DNA of 64,000 bases from a virus, in the IMG/VR virus record IMGVR_UViG_3300027749_000102, positions 5,917 to 69,916 of that record. One strand, 5' to 3'. A model generated the notes under the pieces. It was not told the origin of the DNA and did not search any database. It saw only the letters and a program-made list of their open reading frames with translations. Of the stretch, positions 29,748 through 39,104 are shown piece after piece; positions within the stretch are counted from its first letter, which is position 1; each line of letters opens with the position of its first letter. The translations under genes and the position numbers were made by a program.

Positions 29748-32700
29748 TAATTAAGTTTTAGTTTTGAAACATATGCCAAAGGTTTATCAAAATTATTCCA
29801 AGTAGTTTTATCAGTATTTGCTAACACTCTACCTAATCCTGTTATTACACTAGTTTGACTTACTGTTGGTGATGTAGTTTTTTCAAAAGTAAATAATCTA
29901 TCTTTGGATGCAAATGGAGTATAATTTACATATTTTTTTAATTTATCTTTTTCAAGATTATCTAAAAATGCAGTTGTTATTGAGTTCTCTTTGGTAAATT
30001 TAGGTTTTGCGGTTCCTAACCAATAAGCATCAAATTGTTCACTAACATCAGTACTTCCGCCGCTATCAAGAATATCTTTACTCTTAATAATACCACCAAT
30101 TATCTCATTTTTAAAGGTTTGATATCTTTTATCATCTAATATTTCAGGAGATAAAATCATATACATTCTTTTAAACGAAAGAAATTGAAAATCATCATCT
30201 TTATTAAAAGCATTAAATACTATTGGTTTTAAATCTTTTTGTGTCGTTTTTTCACTATTAACTCCATACAAAGCAATTCCATCATATGAATTAGAATCAT
30301 ATGTAAATTTATTTGATTTTACTATTATATCATAAAATGAACTAATGTTATAACCAATTGTTCTAATATCATCCTGTATTTCAAGAAATGTATTTGTGGT
30401 ATTAGAAGAAGGATAAACATTGGTTGTACCACTAATGTTATAAATCACAACATTACCATTTTTTTCTTGTAATCCGTCAGTACCTGTAGGTCCGACTACG
30501 CCACTTTGACATAAAGGTATCACATTAGCCCTTGTTAAATATTGAATATATTTTTGTTGTTGTGTAACAATATCTTGATTTAATTGAGTTATTGCATTTT
30601 GATATGAACTTTTTCTATTCGTAACAGCATTCTTCATATTCATTTTTAAAGCTCTAATTACTTTAGGATTAAAGTTTTTTTGTTGTCCTGACATAAAATT
30701 AATAAACCTATCTTGTGTTAATTTATTATCACTTTCTATATCCGCAAGATAATCAGTAAACACACCATCCACTATTTGTTGAATACTATCAGGTTTACCT
30801 ATAATTAAAACTTCTTTACCCGCACTTGTATCTACCAAGAAAGTTCCTGTTATATAATTTCTACTTGAAGTCCAATTTTGTAACATAGCATTATTATATT
30901 GTTTAACACATTCTCTACTTTTGTTAACAAAAGTTTGAAAATAAGTTTGTGTTTCAGTAACAAAACTATTCATAAATTTCTTATAACTAATTGTTCCTGT
31001 TGTTCCTGAAGTAGATAAAATATCTCCAATAGTCGCTTCGTTTGACTGTGGATTATTATCTTGTGTTTGATTAAGTGTTGGTCCTGGTGGTTGAGGTCCT
31101 GCATTAATCCAAGCTTTATCAATTACTTTATAACTTAAATCAGTAACATCCGCCCTATCATCATACATTTCAGTATTAGCATAATAGTTAAATGTTAATG
31201 CGTTTTGTAATTTATCTACAGATTCTTTTAATCCACTACCTCCAACAAAATTAAAACTCATTGTAACATTGGCAATCATTGGTTGAATACCAATACCTTC
31301 AGGGTTAATATCTAACTCTTCATATGCTAATTGCAAACCTGTTGGAATAATTTTTGTATTATAAAAATCACCAATTCTTAATACTAATACTGGTGGCGCT
31401 CCAAACGCAGTGTTAGTTGCATTATTATACTGAAGTTCATTTGTTTGTCCAACTGTCTTAATTGTAGGTATTGTATCACCAGGTCTCATACATTGTTGAA
31501 GAAATGTTAATCTAGTATTTAATCCTTCTGGTGTCATTGAATGAAATCCAGGTTGAAAAAACTTTAATTTTTCTTTCAAATTATCATATACCATTGGAGA
31601 ATCTTCTTTAATACTTTCAAAGTAATTACATTCAGAAAGTAAAGACCTCAATACTCTTTTAGTTATATTATCTCTTTCTACATATTTTTGCTCAACTTGT
31701 TGTACTGTTGTTGTTACCGGTGTCAATACTCCATGTATAACATTTGTTGTTTGTTGTTGTACAGGTTGAGCATTTGGTTGTGGTTGTGTTTGATTGAGTT
31801 TTGAATCATCTATTGTAATATATGCTCTTCTACAAGCCATCGCATTTGTTGTATAAACTTCAGTTGACGACATACTATCTCCACCTTTAGTATTTGGATT
31901 GTCTGTACATTTTACTTTAGTACCTTTTGTAAAATCTTTCGTTTGTTCATCATATTGTAATACGCTTGATTCTTCACCAAAGTTGGTACCTGATTTAATA
32001 AGTAATCTATTATTATAATATTTTGCAGTATTTATATTTGTAGCAAAGTATTGTATTGCTGCATTAATTCTTCTTGTTGCTAGTAGTTTATTATATGAAC
32101 TAGTTGCAGGTGCAGAACAAGTGGCATCAATTATTATTGAAATATTTCCATCGTTATTTTTTAATGCCATTCCAATTTCCACACATAATTTTTGAATTTT
32201 TTCATAATTAGATTTGACTACTGAATTAAAAAATGATTGTGTTACCGCAGCAGTGCCTTGTTTTGTATAATTACCGCTTAAAACATTGCCACTATATGAT
32301 GTGTATTCAGAAGAATAATTTAAAACATTTTCGTCTTGTTTTGGTATATCATTATCAAAATAAAATGCTAAATTATTAAAATCACTAAATTGGATTTTTG
32401 TATTATTTGGTGCAATTGGTTGAATACCTGATGTGGATTTTGCCCCACTAGTAAGTGTTTCAACTGTATATGTTAATTGTTCTTTTGTCATTTCCTTAGA
32501 TGATATCATTTGTTGAAGTTCATACAAATCATTAGGATTTATGGTGACATATTTTTTGGCTAATTCATATAAATCATATGTTCTACATCCGGCAAAAAAT
32601 GAATCAATGATACTATCAATTCTTGTTTTGTTTGTTTCATTTTTTAAAACTTTATCAACGAGAACATTCAAAACAGAAGGATGGTCAACAACTATTTTCC

Positions 32701-34750
32701 AAGTAAGACTACCTGTTCTACTTGTATTATTGTAAGTATATATTGGTTCAGGTCTTCCAATAAAATCAGTATTTTTCCAATTGGCACTAACCGATTCTGA
32801 AAATGTTAAACCATATGGTGGAAACCACATTACTCTACCACCATTAGGTCCTCTTTCACAAACAGCTAAATCTGAAACAGAATATCCAGGTGTATTAGAT
32901 GTTCTCCAAGCAAGATTCTCCAATGAAAACATATATTTTTTAGCATAAGCAGTGCTATTTGTTCCGATAAGATTCGTTGAATCTTGTCCACCTTCTTGTT
33001 TGTTTGGATAGATATTTAAGTTCCAAGTTTTATCCATAACAGAATATGCAAACTTTCTACCTTCAGTTGTCATACCATTTCTTTTTTGAAGGTCATTGTA
33101 TTGTAAATAAGGAACGTCTTTGGTAAACACACGACAGTACTCAGTACCCACTTCTTGTCCAATGGAACCAATATACTTCAACACTCTAGAACCCTTTGTA
33201 ATCTCTCTATAACCATCATTGAAGACCTTACTAACTTGGTCTATAGCATTACCAACATGTTGTAATCTTCTTCCCCCTGCAGGTTGGCTATTAATTAATC
33301 TTTGTGTGTCATCAAGGATTGAACCTTCAGTATATGTTTGATTTGTTGATTCAGTCTTATCATATGATGATGGTCTAAAATCTGAATCTTGTCTAATAAT
33401 TTCTCCACCAATACCAACATACTTTCCAGCATTACCTTTATATTTTGGGGATACCCATGTAAAGCCACCTTCGATTCCTCCACCATTACCATATGTAGGT
33501 CCGTTAGCACCAAGTTTACTTTCTTTATCAGGACCTTCATATAGTGCCGCAAGCTCACTAGGACCATAAACAGGTGATTGAACTTCTTGTCCGAATTGAT
33601 TTACAGGTACATCACCTCCTGGTGAAAATACTCTTGATGGGTCTGATGTTCTTGACCCTACATAAAAATTACTATTATTAGTTGTAGAACCAACTAAGGC
33701 ACCACCAACTCTATCAAATAAAGTTCTTTGATAATCTGGCTTAAATTTATTGTAATCAATGTTTCCAAATAATCTAGATTTTTGACCACCACCTGTATTG
33801 TTTAAGAATAGTTGTGAACCCGTTTTATCACCTCCTAATAATCTACTAAATCCTTTACCTATAGATGTTTTAAGAAATGCAGAACTTAATTGTTGAATTG
33901 TTGTTGGTTGTCCAGAATTGATACTTGCATCAAAATAAGAACCAGGTATTGTTGATGTTGGTATGGTACTACCGGCTAGTCTTAATGCAAAGTCTGTTGC
34001 GGCAAGTATTGGATTGGATGGTGCAGTAATGGTATAGTTAGGTTCAATTAACGGAACCCTACCTGTTACTAAATTCAATACATCTGTACCACTTCTTACA
34101 TTAAATGCATTAGCTCTTCCAACTGTTTGTTGATATATTCCTGTTGCAATTCTTTCTTCAAATCCTTTTCTTAATCTTGATGCTCCTAAACGAGCAAGAT
34201 ATGAATCAGAACTTAAAGATCCATTACTTCCTTGTGGGTCAGGACTTAATAATATTGAAACTGGTCCATAAGATGAAGGGTTATAGTTTGGGTATGGTTG
34301 GTTGTTATAATATCTTGAACTACCATTAGCATCAATTGTTTCTAATGATTGTACAAATTGTGCACTATCATATAATTGTTCACCACCATTACCAAAAGCA
34401 TTAATTTTTCTCCAATTTTTAGATTCGGGTTCTGCCTCACTTAAAATGTTTGCATCTTGAAATCCATATTCTCCTTCATTTGATTTAGAATTAGTATTAC
34501 CTACGAGATCTGGAACTTGAGAATATCCACCTTCATTACCCCACCTATTAAGTGGATACAATTTATTTGCAAAGGATGGTTCGTCAATTAATTGGTCAGG
34601 ACTATCAATTACTGAAGTGTCGGATTGAATGTATTCGTAGTTAGTTGGTGGCGTAGCTCTATTAGGAGACTTGGCATAAGGTGTCAAGTTTCTTGTAATA
34701 AGTTTCTTTCTAAAAACTTCGGAATTAACTAAATCTAATGGACTCCCCAT
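29747..34750 (-). CDS. Tail-tube initiator-like protein (gp48/gp54-like) with an inserted OmpA-like domain (1667 aa)
   Basis: FSESVSANW...IGRPEPIYTYNNTSRTGSL and PPVLVLRIGDF...PMIANVTMSF are tube-like halves; internal SAPATSSYNKLLATRR...GE...ACRR is OmpA-like. Sits between the tape measure and gp53-like genes. Confidence 0.6.
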   Translation of the reverse strand: MGSPLDLVNSEVFRKKLITRNLTPYAKSPNRATPPTNYEYIQSDTSVIDSPDQLIDEPSFANKLYPLNRWGNEGGYSQVPDLVGNTNSKSNEGEYGFQDANILSEAEPESKNWRKINAFGNGGEQLYDSAQFVQSLETIDANGSSRYYNNQPYPNYNPSSYGPVSILLSPDPQGSNGSLSSDSYLARLGASRLRKGFEERIATGIYQQTVGRANAFNVRSGTDVLNLVTGRVPLIEPNYTITAPSNPILAATDFALRLAGSTIPTSTIPGSYFDASINSGQPTTIQQLSSAFLKTSIGKGFSRLLGGDKTGSQLFLNNTGGGQKSRLFGNIDYNKFKPDYQRTLFDRVGGALVGSTTNNSNFYVGSRTSDPSRVFSPGGDVPVNQFGQEVQSPVYGPSELAALYEGPDKESKLGANGPTYGNGGGIEGGFTWVSPKYKGNAGKYVGIGGEIIRQDSDFRPSSYDKTESTNQTYTEGSILDDTQRLINSQPAGGRRLQHVGNAIDQVSKVFNDGYREITKGSRVLKYIGSIGQEVGTEYCRVFTKDVPYLQYNDLQKRNGMTTEGRKFAYSVMDKTWNLNIYPNKQEGGQDSTNLIGTNSTAYAKKYMFSLENLAWRTSNTPGYSVSDLAVCERGPNGGRVMWFPPYGLTFSESVSANWKNTDFIGRPEPIYTYNNTSRTGSLTWKIVVDHPSVLNVLVDKVLKNETNKTRIDSIIDSFFAGCRTYDLYELAKKYVTINPNDLYELQQMISSKEMTKEQLTYTVETLTSGAKSTSGIQPIAPNNTKIQFSDFNNLAFYFDNDIPKQDENVLNYSSEYTSYSGNVLSGNYTKQGTAAVTQSFFNSVVKSNYEKIQKLCVEIGMALKNNDGNISIIIDATCSAPATSSYNKLLATRRINAAIQYFATNINTAKYYNNRLLIKSGTNFGEESSVLQYDEQTKDFTKGTKVKCTDNPNTKGGDSMSSTEVYTTNAMACRRAYITIDDSKLNQTQPQPNAQPVQQQTTNVIHGVLTPVTTTVQQVEQKYVERDNITKRVLRSLLSECNYFESIKEDSPMVYDNLKEKLKFFQPGFHSMTPEGLNTRLTFLQQCMRPGDTIPTIKTVGQTNELQYNNATNTAFGAPPVLVLRIGDFYNTKIIPTGLQLAYEELDINPEGIGIQPMIANVTMSFNFVGGSGLKESVDKLQNALTFNYYANTEMYDDRADVTDLSYKVIDKAWINAGPQPPGPTLNQTQDNNPQSNEATIGDILSTSGTTGTISYKKFMNSFVTETQTYFQTFVNKSRECVKQYNNAMLQNWTSSRNYITGTFLVDTSAGKEVLIIGKPDSIQQIVDGVFTDYLADIESDNKLTQDRFINFMSGQQKNFNPKVIRALKMNMKNAVTNRKSSYQNAITQLNQDIVTQQQKYIQYLTRANVIPLCQSGVVGPTGTDGLQEKNGNVVIYNISGTTNVYPSSNTTNTFLEIQDDIRTIGYNISSFYDIIVKSNKFTYDSNSYDGIALYGVNSEKTTQKDLKPIVFNAFNKDDDFQFLSFKRMYMILSPEILDDKRYQTFKNEIIGGIIKSKDILDSGGSTDVSEQFDAYWLGTAKPKFTKENSITTAFLDNLEKDKLKKYVNYTPFASKDRLFTFEKTTSPTVSQTSVITGLGRVLANTDKTTWNNFDKPLAYVSKLKLN

Positions 34751-34798
34751 TTAATGTTTTATTATAAATAGGTTAATAGGTATTTTTCTGATAATGAA

Positions 34799-36643
34799 TT
34801 ACTTTGTCTTTTCATTTTTCACGGTTTCCCAACCTTTATAAACGGCTTGCTGAAATTCTTTTGTGTTAACATACGCTTGGAGAGATTTTGTATCAATGTT
34901 TGGTGGAGCATCAATTTTAAACGTAACGGTTCCTGTATGACTATATTCAATATTTTGGTCTACAGCAGATGTTAATGTTTGATTTGGATTGGCATATCTA
35001 TTTAATCCTTCTGTCCCATATAAACTAACCTCAACTGATTTTGCATTTGCAGTTTTTGCCGCATTTTTTGTTGCAGTAGTAACCCCTGATTTAGTTTTTT
35101 CTGATTTACCTTTAACAAGATCTTTTACTCCATTCCAAGCAGATGTGGCTAACTTACCAGTTATTGCATCATGATATCCTAAATTTTTACTATCTATTTC
35201 TTTACCGACTTGACTAGCCGTGCTTTGAAGCACCATCTTAAATGATTCACTCTGGTCTTTAAATTTGTCTCCAAGTTCTTGAAATACTTGAGCCGGTGTT
35301 TTATTTTTATCACCTAATCCATTTACAGCCTTTGTAATTGCATCTATTACTTTATCTGCTGGTTGTCTAATAATTTCAGTTTTTGCTGCAGCATTACTTA
35401 ATGCACCAATTGGTACAGTAATTGATCTTCTTATAGACTCCATATTGTCTTTAACAAATGAAGTTGATACTAAACCTCTAACTACAGCATCTTTAATTGC
35501 TCCAACATCATTTTTAATAATATCGCTAGTTTTCATTCCTGCCCTTGCAATATCCTCCATTGATTTTGGAGCCTCTTTTTGTTCTTTAATTAAATTATCA
35601 AATTCTTGTTGTGTTACATCACTTAATTTTTTAGTTGCATCTACTCCAGATGCATCTCTTATTTTAACAACATATTCACCTGACGCATTCATTTCAGACA
35701 AATTAGATAAAAATTGTTTATCTGAATCATCTTTAAATTTAAGACTTGGGCTAATTTGTGATAATCTTTTATCAAGTTCGGCAGCCGCTAACCCCATTTT
35801 ACTTAATTCAGCAGCACTAACTCCTGTTTGTTTTTGCATTTCTTTTAAGGTAAGAATACCTTGAGGATTAATTTTAAATGTTTTTGATTTCTCATCAAAA
35901 TATGTAAACTGTTGTGCCGCTTTAGCTAAACTATCTTGTAAAGCCCCTGGATCATTAATTGACGCATTCATTAACGCAAATGGATCTGCAAGAGCCCCTA
36001 CCGATACACCAAGTCTTTGAAATGCCGATGCTGTTTTAATTGCATCTTCAGGATCCATCATTTTATCCGCAAAGTCAAGAGCAACACTCATGTCAACTCT
36101 AAGCATTGAAGCTCTTGCAGCCATTTTAGTTAGTCCTTGAACACCTCCCTCAAAATTAAATTTATTAAGAGCTGAAGCATTTTGAACAACTTTCTCCATC
36201 ACTTCTTTGGTATTTAACCCTAAATCACTTACAGTTCTAACTGATTTTTCTAATTCTCCACCAACAACTCCAAATTGAATACCTACATCTGTAAACTTGG
36301 TAACAATTGATCCAATATTTTCACCAATAACTTGACTTGTTGCATATAATTTAGCAACACTATCACTAGACGCTAATGTTTGTTTTTGAGTTGCTTTAGC
36401 AATATCAACCATTGCCTGAGTAGTTGTTTGAAAGTCAGCACCAAGTCTTTTCATTCTTGGAGCCGCATCACTAACTGCAGTCATCATTTCACCAACCCTT
36501 GCCCTTGAACCAGCAAAAGCCAATGTCATTTCATTAGCTGCTTGAGCCATTTGCTGTGCAGCACCAATAAATGTATCAGTACTAACTTTAGCTTCCTCAG
36601 TTATTCTTTTATTATATTCGTCAGTTGTTTCTTTATCAGCCAT
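34799..36643 (-). CDS. Putative tape measure protein (614 aa)
   Basis: Ala/Lys/Met-rich helical composition; position after the tube and chaperone genes; size close to T4 gp29. Confidence 0.65.
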   Translation of the reverse strand: MADKETTDEYNKRITEEAKVSTDTFIGAAQQMAQAANEMTLAFAGSRARVGEMMTAVSDAAPRMKRLGADFQTTTQAMVDIAKATQKQTLASSDSVAKLYATSQVIGENIGSIVTKFTDVGIQFGVVGGELEKSVRTVSDLGLNTKEVMEKVVQNASALNKFNFEGGVQGLTKMAARASMLRVDMSVALDFADKMMDPEDAIKTASAFQRLGVSVGALADPFALMNASINDPGALQDSLAKAAQQFTYFDEKSKTFKINPQGILTLKEMQKQTGVSAAELSKMGLAAAELDKRLSQISPSLKFKDDSDKQFLSNLSEMNASGEYVVKIRDASGVDATKKLSDVTQQEFDNLIKEQKEAPKSMEDIARAGMKTSDIIKNDVGAIKDAVVRGLVSTSFVKDNMESIRRSITVPIGALSNAAAKTEIIRQPADKVIDAITKAVNGLGDKNKTPAQVFQELGDKFKDQSESFKMVLQSTASQVGKEIDSKNLGYHDAITGKLATSAWNGVKDLVKGKSEKTKSGVTTATKNAAKTANAKSVEVSLYGTEGLNRYANPNQTLTSAVDQNIEYSHTGTVTFKIDAPPNIDTKSLQAYVNTKEFQQAVYKGWETVKNEKTK

Positions 36644-36665
36644 TAAAATGTTTTCTTATAAATAG

Positions 36666-36693
36666 AAGAAGGACTAATTTTTTAGTCCTTCTT
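36666..36693 (-). terminator. Perfect 12-bp hairpin AAGAAGGACTAA-N4-TTAGTCCTTCTT overlapping the gp51-like stop
   Basis: Direct inverted repeat, immediately followed on the minus strand by the TATTTATA motif of the tape measure gene; weak U-tract. Confidence 0.55.
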
Positions 36694-36843
36694 GTTATCT
36701 TCAACCCATTTGTCTAATAGATATTTCCTTACAAATATGGGCATTCGTTCAAAATCTTGCCATGTAATCTTGAGTAGCGTATTTAAATAAAAAAACTCAT
36801 CAAGTTGTCCTTTTCTATAATCAGAAGAAAGGACGAAAAAATT
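36682..36843 (-). CDS. gp51-like hub/tail assembly chaperone extension, probably reached by +1 frameshift (NFFVLSSDYRKGQLDEFFYLNTLLKITWQDFERMPIFVRKYLLDKWVEDNKKD)
   Basis: 54-codon frame bounded upstream by an in-frame TAG, with no ATG/GTG/TTG until the late MPIF; the FERMPIFVRKYLL pattern resembles gp51/GT-type chaperones. Confidence 0.65.
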   Translation of the reverse strand, partial: NFFVLSSDYRKGQLDEFFYLNTLLKITWQDFERMPIFVRKYLLDKWVEDNKKD

Positions 36844-37564
36844 CTACCCCAAAACCGACGTTAACTGTCAGTCTATCTCCTGATGGGGTTGTTACTACTC
36901 TATTCATATCTAATCTTGGTTCGTTTTCATCCATAAAGTTTCTGATGAATTTTGAATCCATAATTGGCATTTGTTCAATAAATTTAGCGATATCTCCTTT
37001 GTTTGTATTTCCATCAACATCAACAATTTGTTTTTCAAGTCTCCAAGTTATTTTAGGTACTGTTCTTCCTTGTGGATATGATTCACTCATTTTATTTATA
37101 TCCATAATTTCACCGTAAGTCATTGGTCTTAACTTAACAACACTATTTGATTTTGGAAGTGTTACAAGAAATGTTCCATCTTCTAGTGGTTCTTGACCTT
37201 TAACAATATTAAGTTCATCTAAAACAACTGTTGTTTGAAATAATTTTTTTGTTGTTGGATCCGTTACATTAACAGTTAATTCAGGACCAAAAGAAGTATT
37301 TCTTAAAAATATAAGAATTGCTTCAACATCCCCTTCTAATAAATCTTCAACTCTAATATCTGGTTCATATAACTTACTCTTAATTAAATTGGTAGTTATA
37401 TCATCTCCTCCTGCCATTAAAATATTTTCATCAGATGCGGTTAAATAACCAATCTTAACTGATTTTTTTTTATTTTTGTAAAAAATTCCTTGTGATGGCA
37501 ATGGAACCACATCGTGAGGAAGTGTGAAATTCTGTTGTGCGTAATTTTGTGTTTGATTGTCCAT
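36821..37564 (-). CDS. Baseplate hub assembly / tail assembly chaperone, T4 gp26-like
   Basis: VPLPSQG...LTASDENIL...GDVEAILIFLRNTSFG and C-terminal EFFRP; directly downstream of the tail tube gene. Confidence 0.75.
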   Translation of the reverse strand: MDNQTQNYAQQNFTLPHDVVPLPSQGIFYKNKKKSVKIGYLTASDENILMAGGDDITTNLIKSKLYEPDIRVEDLLEGDVEAILIFLRNTSFGPELTVNVTDPTTKKLFQTTVVLDELNIVKGQEPLEDGTFLVTLPKSNSVVKLRPMTYGEIMDINKMSESYPQGRTVPKITWRLEKQIVDVDGNTNKGDIAKFIEQMPIMDSKFIRNFMDENEPRLDMNRVVTTPSGDRLTVNVGFGVEFFRPFF

Positions 37565-37566
37565 AT

Positions 37567-37602
37567 AAAAAAATAACCGTAAAGTTTATGTCTTTACGGT
37601 TA
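37567..37602 (-). terminator. Intrinsic terminator after the tail tube gene
   Basis: TAACCGTAAAG-N7-CTTTACGGTTA 11-bp stem followed by T7 on the minus strand. Confidence 0.75.
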
Positions 37603-37640
37603 AATATAGTTGAAATTTGTTTCTTATAAAGATTAAAAAA

Positions 37641-38129
37641 CTAGTAAACTAAAACACAACGATCCATACGAAGTGAAGCGGTAATATCAGCCAAAGCATC
37701 TGTTGAATATCCAAGAGCACCAAAATCCACACTTGTTAAGAAAGTTCCGTAAAGAATCCACTTTTCAACAACTACTCCTGTTGGGTCTAACATCTCCAAA
37801 TCAATATCCTTCTTATAACCTGCAGCATATCCCATACGACCTGTTACAGACTCAGCGTGTAAACGAACCCACTCCATAAGAGCTTGAGCCGCTGAAGGTC
37901 CAATTGGGTCTCTAAATTTAACTGAAATTTCATCCCAATTAAATCTACCTGCAACAAATGTTGATGTATTCAAAAATTGTATTTCTGTTGAAGCAATTTT
38001 GATAGATGGTCTTTTCGCACTTTCCACGAACCACTCATTTATTCCTAAGCTTGAAGGAAACCTCAAGATGAATCGGTTCTGACGTTTCGGTTCGTAAGGA
38101 ATCGGCATTTTCATTAGTAAATCAGCCAT
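37641..38129 (-). CDS. Tail tube protein, T4 gp19-like
   Basis: EPKRQNRF, AGRFNWDEISVKFRD, YKKDIDLEMLDPTG-VVEKWILYGTF. Confidence 0.9.
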   Translation of the reverse strand: MADLLMKMPIPYEPKRQNRFILRFPSSLGINEWFVESAKRPSIKIASTEIQFLNTSTFVAGRFNWDEISVKFRDPIGPSAAQALMEWVRLHAESVTGRMGYAAGYKKDIDLEMLDPTGVVVEKWILYGTFLTSVDFGALGYSTDALADITASLRMDRCVLVY

Positions 38130-38192
38130 GTTATTTAAATTTTGTTTTTTTTTATTTTATATCTTATAAATATAGTCTTCTTAAAAATATTT

Positions 38193-39062
38193 CTATTTAC
38201 TTTTTTTTAAAAAATAATATTCATTATATATATTCTTATTTATATTCTTGCTTGTTCCTCCAGCAGTAGAATAGGTTTTCACTATATTATCTGGTTTACC
38301 TTTAAAATGCTTACTTATTGTTTCAACATTTTTTAAATCATCATCTGAAAATCCTATTTTAGGTTGCGTTGGTATAAAATTATTACTAATATCTTTTTTC
38401 AGAAATGCTTTTTTATTAAGAAATGCTGCAAGACCTTTAACATAATTCACAAATTCGTCCATTGCCATAACTTTTAATTCCTCAGGACTAGCGGCACCAT
38501 TATTAGTTCCAAAAGATACAGGATGATATTTGTTAAGATCTAAATATGACCTAATTAAATCATCATCAGACATGTCTTCTTCATCCGAAAATGTTCTATA
38601 CTTTCTAAGATTTTTAACTAATTGGTTTTTATCTATACCACCAAAACCATTTATAATATAATTATAAACTGCTTGTTTTAGGGTATTTGGATTATGACCT
38701 CTAGCTGTGATGATAGAAAAAATAGACCCATTATCTATCGCCTCTTTAAAATCATCAAACGCAGGACCTTTTTTAGCAGTCATTGCATCTATTAAAAAAT
38801 CTTTATCACCTTTAGTTTTAAAATTCCTAAATGCATCATCAGCATATCCAATAATTTTTTCACCTTTATAGTTTACAGGTTTTTTTCCTATGTCGTGTCT
38901 ATATTCCGCAAAATCATCAGTACTCATTCCAACCTCATCACCATCTTCAGTCTTTAAGATAATTTTAGTTGGCATATGAACAATATTATCATCCCAATCA
39001 AATGCATAATATTTCATATCCGGTGTATGTTCTGACTTGAATCCTTCTATTATTCTTTTCAT
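38193..39062 (-). CDS. HAD-superfamily phosphatase/nucleotidase
   Basis: Motif I AFDWDDNI, motif II IITARG, motif IV GFSDDD. Confidence 0.75.
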   Translation of the reverse strand: MKRIIEGFKSEHTPDMKYYAFDWDDNIVHMPTKIILKTEDGDEVGMSTDDFAEYRHDIGKKPVNYKGEKIIGYADDAFRNFKTKGDKDFLIDAMTAKKGPAFDDFKEAIDNGSIFSIITARGHNPNTLKQAVYNYIINGFGGIDKNQLVKNLRKYRTFSDEEDMSDDDLIRSYLDLNKYHPVSFGTNNGAASPEELKVMAMDEFVNYVKGLAAFLNKKAFLKKDISNNFIPTQPKIGFSDDDLKNVETISKHFKGKPDNIVKTYSTAGGTSKNINKNIYNEYYFLKKSK

Positions 39063-39069
39063 ATTGGCA

Positions 39070-39094
39070 AATAAAGGGGAAGATTAACTTCCCC
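39070..39094 (-). terminator. Intrinsic terminator after the sheath gene
   Basis: GGGGAAG-N5-CTTCCCC stem followed by TTTATT on the minus strand. Confidence 0.7.
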
Positions 39095-39104
39095 CGTATA
39101 TATT

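Noticed and set aside
36784-36843. Classical -1 frameshift at the end of the gp26-like gene
   Set aside because: The -1 frame hits TAA after about 20 codons with no chaperone-like sequence; only the +1 (equivalently -2) frame is productive.
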